Shown in pieces: positions 27,723 to 37,038 of a stretch of DNA of 64,000 nt. The position numbers and the translations under genes were made by a program. The stretch spans positions 17,399 through 81,398 of the forward strand of contig JAIRZU010000005.1 of NCBI GenBank assembly GCA_031267075.1, written 5' to 3'. Below the pieces are notes generated by a model, which did not search any database, was not told the DNA's origin, and saw nothing but the letters and a program-made list of their open reading frames with translations. Each line of letters opens with the position of its first letter. Within the stretch, counting starts at the first letter, position 1. The DNA comes from Holosporales bacterium. Lineage in GTDB: Bacteria > Pseudomonadota > Alphaproteobacteria > RUG11792.

Positions 27723-29414
27723 ATGAGAAGTAGGTTGAAAATCCTGTTAGTTGCAATAGCTATGAGCACGGTATGCTATGGAAGCGGAGGGAAGCCCATA
27801 GCGAATCCCGCTACGAGAGAGAACCCTCACAAACTGATAGTGGGGAAGTGGATGGGACTGTACAACACAGCGGTGGTACAGCTGTCCGGGGAGCCGGGCG
27901 TGCCCATAGACATAGGTGAGCTGAGTGGGGCTCCGGATACCGAAATCCTCGTGCCGGTCGAAAGCCAGTTCAAGGATGCTTCCAAGGACAAACTCAGAAA
28001 GGCCGTGAACGCACTGTATGAGATTGGATCTAGCCAAACAGAATGGTACATGATCAGCCCGCCGTACCAACAAATGGCGCAACGGCTAACCAACGCTGCA
28101 AGAACTCTGTACAACCTGGTGCGTGAGGAGCAGCGCAAACTGGAGCTGAGCCAAACTCATAGGAGGCAACCGTCCCAAGCCGAACAACCGCAGGACAAAC
28201 CCGGCAAGGACCAAACACCTCTGAACGAAACACCGCACAGCCCAGCAGTTGAAGGACAGCCACCTCCAGCCGAGCAACCGCAGGACAGACCCGGCGAGGC
28301 CCAGACACCTCCAGCCGCGCAGCCGCAGGACAGACCCGGTGAGGCCCAGCCATCTCCAGCCGAGCAACCGCAGGACAAACCCGGCGAGAAGCAACCGCGC
28401 CCCACGAGTTCCAGACCTCCAGCTCCGAAACCCGACGACGCCCCCGCCCCAGAGCGCAGACCCCTACCCACCCTAGACGAACTAATCCAACGGCGAAAAC
28501 CCGACGCTGCCCCCGCGCCAGAGTACAGACCCATACCCACCCTAGACGAACTAATCCAACGGCGAGCCGGTATCATATTATACGAAATCGACAAGATGCC
28601 TGGCGGTCAGCGAGCTCGTGAACTACGCAGCGTGGCCCGAGCACTGCTAAAGGATATCAGAACCGCAGACATAACAGGTGAGCTGGTAGATTGCGTAGTG
28701 AGCACCCTGGAAGATTACAGGACGGTATGGGAGTATGAGCCTGTCCACCTCTCAGAAAGCGACCGTGCCGACTTCATAAAAGCACTGCATGGGCAAATGG
28801 AGAGAATCCGGAACAGACTCCCATACACCCCAGCACCAGGGATCGTAACAGACCACGAAGTTCACCAGCAAGAAGCCGTGGCATTGCTCCGGAAGATAGG
28901 ACTCGCACACTTCACACTCCACCAGATGAGCGATGCGGTAGAGATAATCGGACACGAACTCATGCGCATCCTGGAAGACCTAGTCCAACGGCGAGCCGGA
29001 ATCATATTATACGATCTCGCCAGGACACCTGAAGATCAGCAAGCTCGTGAGCTACGCAGCAGGGCCCAAACGCTGCTAGCTGAAAGCAGAACCGCAAACC
29101 TAACAGACGAGCTGGTAGATGGCGTAGTGAGCACCCTGGAAGATTACAGGATAGTATGGAAACAGAACCCTGTCCACCTCTCAGAAAGCGACCGTGCCAA
29201 CTTCATAAAAGCACTGCATGGGCAAATGGAGAGAATCCGGAACAGACTCCGGCAGAGCACTACACCAGGAGGTGCTACAGACCACGAAGTTCACCAGCAA
29301 GAAGCCGTGGCATTGCTCCGGAAGATAGGACTCGCACACTTCACACTCCACCAGATGAGCGATGCAGTAGAAATTGCCAGGCACGAACTCGCACCTCCGA
29401 CTGCGAATCCATAA
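27723..29414 (+). CDS. Secreted repeat protein (Pro/Gln-rich repeats plus a 143-aa tandem duplication)
   Basis: MRSRLKILLVAIAMSTVCYG signal. Reiterated PAEQPQD(K/R)PGE(A)Q. Duplicated module at 28556-28984 and 28985-29411. Confidence 0.6.
   Translation: MRSRLKILLVAIAMSTVCYGSGGKPIANPATRENPHKLIVGKWMGLYNTAVVQLSGEPGVPIDIGELSGAPDTEILVPVESQFKDASKDKLRKAVNALYEIGSSQTEWYMISPPYQQMAQRLTNAARTLYNLVREEQRKLELSQTHRRQPSQAEQPQDKPGKDQTPLNETPHSPAVEGQPPPAEQPQDRPGEAQTPPAAQPQDRPGEAQPSPAEQPQDKPGEKQPRPTSSRPPAPKPDDAPAPERRPLPTLDELIQRRKPDAAPAPEYRPIPTLDELIQRRAGIILYEIDKMPGGQRARELRSVARALLKDIRTADITGELVDCVVSTLEDYRTVWEYEPVHLSESDRADFIKALHGQMERIRNRLPYTPAPGIVTDHEVHQQEAVALLRKIGLAHFTLHQMSDAVEIIGHELMRILEDLVQRRAGIILYDLARTPEDQQARELRSRAQTLLAESRTANLTDELVDGVVSTLEDYRIVWKQNPVHLSESDRANFIKALHGQMERIRNRLRQSTTPGGATDHEVHQQEAVALLRKIGLAHFTLHQMSDAVEIARHELAPPTANP
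28556..29411 (+). repeat. 429-bp tandem duplication (2 units) inside the CDS
   Basis: CCAACGGCGAGCCGG recurs at 28556 and 28985. The peptides are highly similar (VSTLEDYR.VW...PVHLSESDRA.FIKALHGQMERIRNRL...DHEVHQQEAVALLRKIGLAHFTLHQMSDAVEI). Confidence 0.9.
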
Positions 29415-29549
29415 TTCCCTTCCCGTCGAGTATCACATGGTGGCAGCGCGTGTAGAAGGCCACATGGGCGTTTTTAAAAGTTGAGTTTGGGGAGGATGTG
29501 CAGGATAATGGTACCAGATCAGAAAATCAAAAGCACGACAATTTTACAC

Positions 29550-31031
29550 ATGGATAATTTTTTAACAATCACAGAAGCGAGGAGAGGGCTGAAGGCAAAG
29601 GAGTTTTCAGCGGTGGAGCTGATAGATCACTTCTTGCAGATGGCCGACAAACACAAAGACCTCAATGCATACGTTACCGTTGATCGGGAGAAAGCAATAG
29701 CCGCCGCGAAGGAAGCTGACAGCATGATAGCACGTGGAGATGACCTTCCCTGCCTAGGGGTTCCGATCGCCATAAAAGATCTATTTTGCACGAAGGGAAT
29801 AAGGACGACAGCCTGCTCGAAGATTCTCTCTGAGTTCGTCCCATGCTATGAATCGACCGTCACAAACAACCTCCTACGCAATGGCGCTATCTTTATTGGG
29901 AAGACAAACATGGATGAGTTCGCAATGGGCTCAGCCAACATCACGAGCTACTTTGGCCCATGCTATCTGAGGTATCGCAGGAAGTCATCGCCAGACGTAA
30001 AGCTAGTACCTGGTGGATCATCTGGCGGCTCGGCAACCGCCGTTGCTTCCGATCTATGCATAGCGGCGATAGGATCCGATACCGGAGGGTCTGTGCGGCA
30101 ACCAGCCTCCTTCTCTGGAATTGTAGGAATCAAGCCTACGTACGGGCTCTGCTCGAGGTATGGAATGGTCGCGTTCGCCTCATCACTTGATCAGGCAGGG
30201 CCACTAACAAAGACCGTTGAGGATGCAGCGATAATGCTAAAGGCGATGGCGGGACATGATCCTAATGATTCCACATCCGCCGATGTAGAAATCCCAAACT
30301 ACCCTGACTACATAGGCAAGTCAATTAAGGGTATGAAAGTGGGAGTCGTTAAGGAGTATCTCGATGGCTTACCAGATGAGGTTTTAAAGGTCGTCGAAGC
30401 AGCACGGAAGTTACTGGAGGAGGCAGGCTGTGAGATCATTGAGATATCGATCGAGATTCTCAAATACGTCCTTCCAACGTACTACATCATCGCCCCCTCG
30501 GAAGCATCATCAAACCTAGCGAGGTATGATGGGGTTAGGTATTCCAGGAGATCGGAGCAGACAGGGAATGTTGAGGATCTCTACGCGAACTCCAGATCGG
30601 AGGGATTTGGCGATGAGGTCCAGAGACGGCTCATGACTGGAGCCTACGTCTTATCGGCTGGCTTCTACGATGCGTATTATGCCAAAGCCCAGAAGATCAG
30701 AAAGATGATAATCGACGATCTGATAAACAATGCATTCACAAAGGTTGATCTCCTCCTTACTCCTACTGCTCCCAACACCGCCTTTGGCCTGGACGAATCA
30801 AACAACATGTCGCCAGTTGAAATGTACCTGTGTGATATTTGTACGGTGTTTGCAAACATCGCGAGAGTACCGGCACTTTCAGTTCCTGCCGGCTTATCCT
30901 CTGATGGGCTTCCAATTGGAATACAGCTCATTGGGCGCCACTTTTGTGAGTGCGACGTGTTCCGGGTAGCGAGCGCCTTCGAGAAAGCAGTGAACTTCTC
31001 AGAGCTTAGAAAGACGATTACTACGGTATGA
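29550..31031 (+). CDS. gatA: Glu-tRNA(Gln)/Asp-tRNA(Asn) amidotransferase subunit A
   Basis: Amidase signature GGSSGGSATAVA...GSDTGGSVRQPA. Start at MDNFLTITEARRGL. Confidence 0.9.
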   Translation: MDNFLTITEARRGLKAKEFSAVELIDHFLQMADKHKDLNAYVTVDREKAIAAAKEADSMIARGDDLPCLGVPIAIKDLFCTKGIRTTACSKILSEFVPCYESTVTNNLLRNGAIFIGKTNMDEFAMGSANITSYFGPCYLRYRRKSSPDVKLVPGGSSGGSATAVASDLCIAAIGSDTGGSVRQPASFSGIVGIKPTYGLCSRYGMVAFASSLDQAGPLTKTVEDAAIMLKAMAGHDPNDSTSADVEIPNYPDYIGKSIKGMKVGVVKEYLDGLPDEVLKVVEAARKLLEEAGCEIIEISIEILKYVLPTYYIIAPSEASSNLARYDGVRYSRRSEQTGNVEDLYANSRSEGFGDEVQRRLMTGAYVLSAGFYDAYYAKAQKIRKMIIDDLINNAFTKVDLLLTPTAPNTAFGLDESNNMSPVEMYLCDICTVFANIARVPALSVPAGLSSDGLPIGIQLIGRHFCECDVFRVASAFEKAVNFSELRKTITTV

Positions 31032-32095
31032 TTGGCATCAAAAGTGCAGCCATCACATCCATCATAATCCTTGTCATTGCCGTCATCGTGAGAGCTGGGA
31101 TTTTCGTGTTGAGGGACTCTCCCAAGTTCGATGAGAAGGTGTACTCCGCTGTAGGCAACGGGTCAGTTCACGCATATTTCATCAACCTCGAACAATCGAA
31201 GGATCGCCTCACGAAGCTCCTACCAAAGCTGCAGAAACTTGGTATCGAATTCACCCGTATCCCCGGGGTATATGGAGCCGCTCTAAGTGATGATGAGAAG
31301 GAGGCAGTAGCCGATAGACGGACGTATATAAGGCTGATGCATAACCCCCTCGGCGATGGTACGATCGGCTGCTACCTCAGCCACATAAATGCCTGGAAAG
31401 CATTCCTAGAATCTGAGCACTCGTACGCAATGATCTTTGAAGACGATGTTGAGTTCGTTCCGGATTCCCTGAGACATGCGATAGATACCCTCGTTAAGAA
31501 CAGCCACCTCTGGGATATCATCACCTTCGACTATATACACTACGGCCACCCAAGGCAGCTCATCTCACTGCCCACTAACCCTCCAGAATCAGTTTCTTGC
31601 TTCGTCGATCCGGTGCTCGAATGCTCATGTACGTCTGTGTACACTCCGCTTCTGCGCTCCGTGTCTCCTAGCAATAATCCTGATTCTGGAGGTTTCAATT
31701 GTAATCCACAATCAGTCTGCCGTATCGATTCCGGGCTCCAATGCTCAGGCACCCCATTTCTTGGAAGGGTATGTCCCAACCCAATCTCCATTGTTAAATT
31801 CAGAACCCGAGTCGGGAACGCCGGCTGCTACTTGATTAACAGAAAGGCAGCCATCAAGCTACTCTCAAAAGCGCTTCCAATAATGATGCCAGTTGATCAC
31901 TACTTCGTTAGATCATGGGAATTCGGGTTACGCTTCGTCGGAGTCGCCCCTAAGCTGGTCAGTCAAGACTCCAGTGTGTCGATTAGGAAACAACAAGACC
32001 ACAAGGCAAGAGTGCCCATAAAATACAGAATCCTATCTGTGATCCATCAGGCACTTTCGCAAGCCGCCACCTGCATTTATGCCTATCTGGGGTAG
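31028..32095 (+). CDS. Glycosyltransferase family 25 (LOS/LPS biosynthesis type) carrying 1.5 in-frame palindromic-element copies; 3' end chimeric
   Basis: YFINLEQSKDRL...GTIGCYLSHINAWKAFL...YAMIFEDDVEF. Element at 31580-31755. The last ~16 codons lie in a 48-bp repeat shared with the tsaD remnant. Confidence 0.7.
   Translation: MIGIKSAAITSIIILVIAVIVRAGIFVLRDSPKFDEKVYSAVGNGSVHAYFINLEQSKDRLTKLLPKLQKLGIEFTRIPGVYGAALSDDEKEAVADRRTYIRLMHNPLGDGTIGCYLSHINAWKAFLESEHSYAMIFEDDVEFVPDSLRHAIDTLVKNSHLWDIITFDYIHYGHPRQLISLPTNPPESVSCFVDPVLECSCTSVYTPLLRSVSPSNNPDSGGFNCNPQSVCRIDSGLQCSGTPFLGRVCPNPISIVKFRTRVGNAGCYLINRKAAIKLLSKALPIMMPVDHYFVRSWEFGLRFVGVAPKLVSQDSSVSIRKQQDHKARVPIKYRILSVIHQALSQAATCIYAYLG
31580..31755. 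repeat. Palindromic element: one exact 113-bp core (31580-31692) plus a diverged left half (about 31704-31755)
   Basis: CCTCCAGAATCAG...CTGATTCTGGAGG, then ATCCACAATCAGTCTGCCGTATCGATTCCGGGCTCCAATGCTCAGG. Confidence 0.85.
32048..32095 (+). repeat. 48-bp direct repeat, copy A (45/48 identical to 33046-33093)
   Basis: CAGGCACTTTCGCAAGCCGCCACCTGCATTTATGCCTATCTGGGGTAG. Confidence 0.9.
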
Positions 32096-32147
32096 CATGG
32101 GCTTCCTATCGCAATGTGCGCCTGTGCAACCAGTATGGTTCTACAGG

Positions 32148-32205
32148 TAGCTGAGTTGTCTCATACCATATGAACTCATACAGGGCGTAAAAATAACTTG
32201 CATCG
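32148..32205 (+). mobile_element. IS-end-like remnant (related to the 3' end of the transposase remnant at 20972-21010 and to the motifs at 57530 and 58598)
   Basis: AGCTGAGTTGTCTCATA..TGAACTCATACAGGGCGTAAAAATAACTTGCA. Confidence 0.45.
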
Positions 32206-32785
32206 TGCCACAAACTTGGTGTACGCTAAACGTATGGAGAGGATGCGAGAGGCATTTATGGATATAACTAAGGTGGCCCTCAGGGCTTGTGTTTTGGTGT
32301 CGCTGTACGCGGCGGCTGGAATTGGTAATGCGTTCTGTGAGGAACTTCGCCAACGGGAAGATCGTGATGGAATAGGACAGAATCCTGCCGCTAACTTGGA
32401 CCAACATGAGGGTTGGGGGCGTTGCTTCCTTTTATCGACAGCATGGAATGCATTTAGTAACTTGAAAGATAGTTTAACAGTGCTTGATGGAACAGATGAT
32501 CTGACAGATATGATAGCTGAGGCGATGGCAATATGTACTCCTAATTCAGCAGAAGATGGGACGGTATCAATAGATGACAGCGCTATTATAGATGATGACG
32601 CTCTCAGAAATAAGATGGATATTATCAAAGGTAAAATCAAAAAATTACCGCAAGATACGCTTGAAGATCTTGAGTCAGTAATCACACCGGTACAAGAGCT
32701 ATATTATTCCATTTTCACTTTCGTCTACGTATACAGGGAGGCGGCCCCTAATCGCAGCGGAGAGGCCATCTTGCCATTGTCTTAA
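32198..32785 (+). CDS. Hypothetical ORF (possible secreted protein; true start may be 32234 or later)
   Basis: MDITKVALRACVLVSLYAAAGIG is signal-like. No homolog recognised. The 3' end overlaps the tsaD remnant on the opposite strand. Confidence 0.3.
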   Translation: MHRATNLVYAKRMERMREAFMDITKVALRACVLVSLYAAAGIGNAFCEELRQREDRDGIGQNPAANLDQHEGWGRCFLLSTAWNAFSNLKDSLTVLDGTDDLTDMIAEAMAICTPNSAEDGTVSIDDSAIIDDDALRNKMDIIKGKIKKLPQDTLEDLESVITPVQELYYSIFTFVYVYREAAPNRSGEAILPLS

Positions 32786-33066
32786 AGTTTGCTTCTGAGT
32801 AGCTGAAGCCGGCGTTGTGACGTTCGATTGCACTCCATCCTATCATTGCTGCGTTATCGCTGCGTAGCTCTATTGGATGGAATGTTTAATTGCTCAGCAA
32901 TGCTGGCTGCCTTCTCGCTCAGCATCGTACTCGCAGCAACTCCTCCAGAGAGCACTACTATTACTGGATGCGGCTCCGTCATCTGACAAGCCTTGCTCAA
33001 CTGACGAATCGCAAAGTTCGCTACTATCTCCTGGAAGGACGCTGCCAGGCTCTCTCGCAAGCCGCC
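32748..33066 (-). pseudogene. tsaD: tsaD (gcp) remnant: C-terminal third only, with a frameshift
   Basis: LRESLAASFQEIV...VIVVLSGGVAASTMLSEK, then in another frame LRSDNAAMIGWSAIERHNAG...ARWPL*. The N-terminal ~2/3 is absent (fba ends at 33103). Confidence 0.6.
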
Positions 33067-33093
33067 ACCTGCATTTATGCATATCTGGGGTAG
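33046..33093 (+). repeat. 48-bp direct repeat, copy B
   Basis: CAGGCTCTCTCGCAAGCCGCCACCTGCATTTATGCATATCTGGGGTAG. Confidence 0.9.
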
Positions 33094-33102
33094 GCGGTTA
33101 CA

Positions 33103-34062
33103 TCAGCCCGCTACTGCTGAGAGCTTACGGGTAACGACGGCCTGGACTGCTTTTGTTGCTTCTCCTAGGTACTGCCGCATATCTATCACAGACCTATTTT
33201 CATGGAGGTGCTTTCTAAGAGCTCCTGTAAATGCTATCCTCAAATCCGTATCAACATTGATCTTTGCGATTCCGTTCCTCACGGCTTCTAGGATGTCGGA
33301 GTCCTTGATTCCATGTGCGTTTTTGATATCGGCACCATATGCATTGCACAGCTCGACGGCATCCTCGTACACCGATGATGCTCCATGTAACACCAGTGGG
33401 AATTCTCCTACCTTCGCCTTGATTTGCTTTAGTCTGTCGATGGAGAGTGAGGGGCTTTCACGAAGGCCTTTATTGGGGCCATGACTCGTACCGATAGCCA
33501 CTGCTAAACTGTCTATGCCAGTCCTCTCTATGAAGATTGCCGCCTCATCTGGATCGGTATATCTTGCCTTACCTAATGAGATGTTGACCTCATCCTCAAC
33601 TCCAAAGAGAGTCCCGAGCTCTGCCTCAACCGACACCCCATACTCCTTCGCGTACTCGACTACATTTCTCGTCGTAGCGATATTGCTCTCGAAATCAAGT
33701 GAGCTCGCATCGATCATAACAGACGTGAAGCCACTATCTATGCACAGCTTACATATCTCAAATGAGGAACCGTGATCGAGGTGGAGTGCAAGGGGGACTC
33801 CTGATGTCGCAGCAGCCGATGATACGAGGGCAACCAAGTAGTCCATTCCCATGTAGGAAATCGCCGATGCAGAAGCCTGGAGGATGACTGGACACTTCAT
33901 CTCATTAGCAGCAGCAACGATGCCCTTCAGGATTTCCATGTTTGTGAAATTGAAGGCCATGACCGCAGTGTGGCTAGAAAGGGCATGCTGTAATAGTACG
34001 GAAGCAGACACCAGATTGTTGTGAGCTAACACGAGTGAGGGCCGTGATGTTGGTGATACCAT
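33103..34062 (-). CDS. fba: Class II fructose/tagatose-bisphosphate aldolase
   Basis: PVILQASASA, LHLDHGSS, VMIDAS, GTSHG. Confidence 0.85.
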   Translation of the reverse strand: MVSPTSRPSLVLAHNNLVSASVLLQHALSSHTAVMAFNFTNMEILKGIVAAANEMKCPVILQASASAISYMGMDYLVALVSSAAATSGVPLALHLDHGSSFEICKLCIDSGFTSVMIDASSLDFESNIATTRNVVEYAKEYGVSVEAELGTLFGVEDEVNISLGKARYTDPDEAAIFIERTGIDSLAVAIGTSHGPNKGLRESPSLSIDRLKQIKAKVGEFPLVLHGASSVYEDAVELCNAYGADIKNAHGIKDSDILEAVRNGIAKINVDTDLRIAFTGALRKHLHENRSVIDMRQYLGEATKAVQAVVTRKLSAVAG

Positions 34063-34073
34063 GCCGAATGATA

Positions 34074-35711
34074 CTACACCTTGCCCCTGTACCTACTAAC
34101 ATAATTTTGGTACCGAACATTCTTAGCAAGATCAGCATGAGAGCCGAAGGCCGAGCCCTCCCCAGATACGTACAGGATCTTATCGGAGTATATGAATACG
34201 TTGGGGTTGTCCGTAATCATTATGATTGTCTTGCGTTTCGACATATGCTCGACAATCTCATAGAACAGCTCCTCGGTTGAGTCTGAAGCGAACTTGCTAG
34301 GGGTGGTGATGAGTACGATTTTGGGATTGGTAATTGAGATCCTTGCGAATTGAAGCCTAAGCAGAGTCTCCTGATCAACAGCCATGTTCCCATCATCGTC
34401 GAACACCTCTACGTCGTAGATACTATCGAGACCCGTCTTCCTCATCGCGCGCATCGCCATGTCAGCATCGTGTGTGGCCATCATGATGTTTCCATATATC
34501 GTATCGTGAATGAGGCCGAAGTCTTCCTTTAGGACTCCGATGGCGGAACGTACTGACATTGTGCTTATGTTCTCCGCCCTCATTCCAGATATGTATATCT
34601 TCCCTGACTGTGGGCTGTAGTACTTCAGTATCAGTGCAAACACGTACTCTCCAGCTGCGGCATTTTCACCAGTGATCGAGATGAACTCACCAGGCAAAAC
34701 GGAGAATGTGAGATCTTCAAAAATAGAACAGTAGGATGGGGTGGCTGGATCCTGGAAGTAGACGCCGTGGAAGGTGATGAAGAGGTTATCAGGTGGCAGC
34801 GTCCGAAGCCCTACATCATTCTCGATATCCGGCTTATCACATGAGAAGTCATCAAAGTCCTCTTTTGCCGTTCTCATGTACCTGAAGATTGAAACCAGAA
34901 ATATTGAGAAGCAGAACATGCAGCAGAAGAAGGGGATCTCAATACCGCTTACGTCGAACAAGTGGTCTGTCATGTATCTTGCATCAACAATGTACCCGAG
35001 ACACACCGCACCAAACAATATGCAAACCAATGCGAATGCTTCCCAGATACGCTTGGCGACGGTACGCTGTGTGACTTCATTACCTGCTGCAGCGTCGATG
35101 GCAAACTTGTCTACGACCAGCTCTGCAGCTCTGTAGTATTGGATTCCTTCAGCCGCAGCGACACCTCTCCTAACGAATTTACTAAACGTATTTTTGATCT
35201 GTGAGATGTCGCAGATTTTGACTATCTGCGTTACTACGCTGAGCGCTATGGCAACCATGATACATGAAACGGTAAGTAGCGGGATGGCTGTGGGATTGGT
35301 GTATAGCACCACAAACGCAGTCGTAGCAAACAACGATAAAAACGGAATCGAGAATCCGAGTAACTCGAATGAGGCATCTTCATATGCCATCAGTTTTGTT
35401 ACTGTGAAGTCGGTGGATTCCAGTACGTCCTGCATTGAGATCTTTGAGACTGACACCTCAATCGCATCTCGCCCGAATGTCAGTAGCGCATTCATAGAGC
35501 GCCTCCTTATGAGGCAACTAGAATAGTACCATGCCAGTAGGAAGCCAACGGCGAGAATGAACAAAGATGCGCAGCTCAGGAAGAACGATGCTACGCGACT
35601 ATCGATTGCAAAGAACGTCCCGTGAAACAGCCCAACACACGAAGCTGGGATCATGGAAACAGCGATCCAATATGCAACCTTCAGTCTACACTGAGCCCCA
35701 CCACTAGTCAA
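34074..35711 (-). CDS. ABC exporter-like half-transporter (TMD-NBD) with degenerate ATPase motifs
   Basis: N-terminal 5-6 TM helices plus a C-terminal NBD fold. Walker A reads GENAAAGEY (no GK[ST]), Walker B reads IVLITTPSKF, and there is no LSGGQ. Confidence 0.55.
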   Translation of the reverse strand: MTSGGAQCRLKVAYWIAVSMIPASCVGLFHGTFFAIDSRVASFFLSCASLFILAVGFLLAWYYSSCLIRRRSMNALLTFGRDAIEVSVSKISMQDVLESTDFTVTKLMAYEDASFELLGFSIPFLSLFATTAFVVLYTNPTAIPLLTVSCIMVAIALSVVTQIVKICDISQIKNTFSKFVRRGVAAAEGIQYYRAAELVVDKFAIDAAAGNEVTQRTVAKRIWEAFALVCILFGAVCLGYIVDARYMTDHLFDVSGIEIPFFCCMFCFSIFLVSIFRYMRTAKEDFDDFSCDKPDIENDVGLRTLPPDNLFITFHGVYFQDPATPSYCSIFEDLTFSVLPGEFISITGENAAAGEYVFALILKYYSPQSGKIYISGMRAENISTMSVRSAIGVLKEDFGLIHDTIYGNIMMATHDADMAMRAMRKTGLDSIYDVEVFDDDGNMAVDQETLLRLQFARISITNPKIVLITTPSKFASDSTEELFYEIVEHMSKRKTIIMITDNPNVFIYSDKILYVSGEGSAFGSHADLAKNVRYQNYVSRYRGKV

Positions 35712-35848
35712 CTCTCAACACGAAAAGATATCGCAAATACCAGGTGTTCGATTATAGCACTCATCGCGAGCCACGCTACCAAAGATATTCGCCCATACCT
35801 CGACAGCTTACATGCTTTATGTGTCTGCTCGATAGCAGTTGAAAACTC

Positions 35849-36856
35849 CTACCTACTCCTAGAGAGGAACTCTTCTAGAAATGTACCGAATTCATCCTCC
35901 TCTACTCTCAGCTTTATCTCGATTGCCTTAACCTCATCTTTGAAGACGCCTGGGATTTTGACGTAGTCTTTCCATGTTGTAACGAGAGTGGCGTTTACCT
36001 TCTTTGCCGTAGCGATTAGCCTTTGGAGCTCAGTGATTGTGTAGGCATGGTGATCCTGGAACACTATGAAATCCAGGACTTTATAACCTGCCTGGTCCAG
36101 AGTCATTTTAAACTTGTCTGGATACCCAAGCCCGCAGAATCCGATGACATACCCCATATCCTCGGCTGCTTTCTCGATCGCCTCAGTTCTAGCGTGGTAT
36201 ATCTTGATGTCATTACTGACAGAGAGTATGCGATCCTCAATAGCTGCATTCCTCTCACCGACAATGAGCACTACATCTGATTTCCTGATACTGGCTTCTA
36301 TCGTTTCTCTCAGTGGGCCGGCCGGCAGGAGTCTCTCGTTTCCGAAGCCTTGTCCTGAGTCGACGACCAGGATACTCAGGTCCTTAATGACTGAGTTGTT
36401 CTGGAGGCCATCATCCATGACTATGACACTAGCCCCACCTGAGACAGCCGCTCTGCACGCATGCACTTTATTTCTGCCGATCCAGGTTGGTGCTATCTTT
36501 GCTAGCAGTAGCGCTTCGTCTCCAACTTGTAGGTACGTGTGAACATCTCTGTTTACCCTCACAACATTCCTTACGTATCCGGCATAGCCAGATGCTACAA
36601 CATGTGGTCTGTGTTCTCGTGCAGCTAGCTCCTCACATATCATGGAGGCAACTGGGGTCTTACCTGCCCCACCAAGTACTACATTCCCAACGCATATTAC
36701 CGGAACAGCCACAGCCTCGGGAGAAACAGAATTCATTTTACCATTCGATAGAGCAGCGTATATTTTGGACAGCGGATTAAGGGCCTTCGCAATCGGGCTA
36801 TCCTTATCCTTCCAGAATCTAGGAGCTCTGAATAATCTCAACACAGTCACATCCAA
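35849..36856 (-). CDS. lpxK: Tetraacyldisaccharide 4'-kinase
   Basis: VICVGNVVLGGAGKTPVA P-loop. Size and layout are typical of LpxK. Confidence 0.8.
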   Translation of the reverse strand: MDVTVLRLFRAPRFWKDKDSPIAKALNPLSKIYAALSNGKMNSVSPEAVAVPVICVGNVVLGGAGKTPVASMICEELAAREHRPHVVASGYAGYVRNVVRVNRDVHTYLQVGDEALLLAKIAPTWIGRNKVHACRAAVSGGASVIVMDDGLQNNSVIKDLSILVVDSGQGFGNERLLPAGPLRETIEASIRKSDVVLIVGERNAAIEDRILSVSNDIKIYHARTEAIEKAAEDMGYVIGFCGLGYPDKFKMTLDQAGYKVLDFIVFQDHHAYTITELQRLIATAKKVNATLVTTWKDYVKIPGVFKDEVKAIEIKLRVEEDEFGTFLEEFLSRSR

Positions 36857-36869
36857 AATACAACATCTT

Positions 36870-36943
36870 TGGAGCGGGTGATGGGAATCGGACCCACGTA
36901 GCCAGCTTGGAAGGCTGGGGCTTTACCATTAAGCTACACCCGC
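36870..36943 (-). tRNA. tRNA-Trp (CCA)
   Basis: Reverse complement reads GCGGGTGTAGCTTAATGGTAAAGCCCCAGCCTTCCAAGCTGG...CACCCGCTCCA. Anticodon loop CT-CCA-AG. Confidence 0.85.
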
Positions 36944-36952
36944 CGAGTTATG

Positions 36953-37038
36953 TGGTGGAAGGGGTAAGATTCGAACTTACGTAGACTAACGTCGGCAGAT
37001 TTACAGTCTGCTGCCTTTAACCACTCGGCCACCCTTCC
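36953..37038 (-). tRNA. tRNA-Tyr (GTA), long variable arm
   Basis: Reverse complement reads GGAAGGGTGGCCGAGTGGTTAAAGGCAGCAGACTGTAAATCTGCCGACGTTAGTCTACGTAAGTTCGAATCTTACCCCTTCCACCA. Confidence 0.9.
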
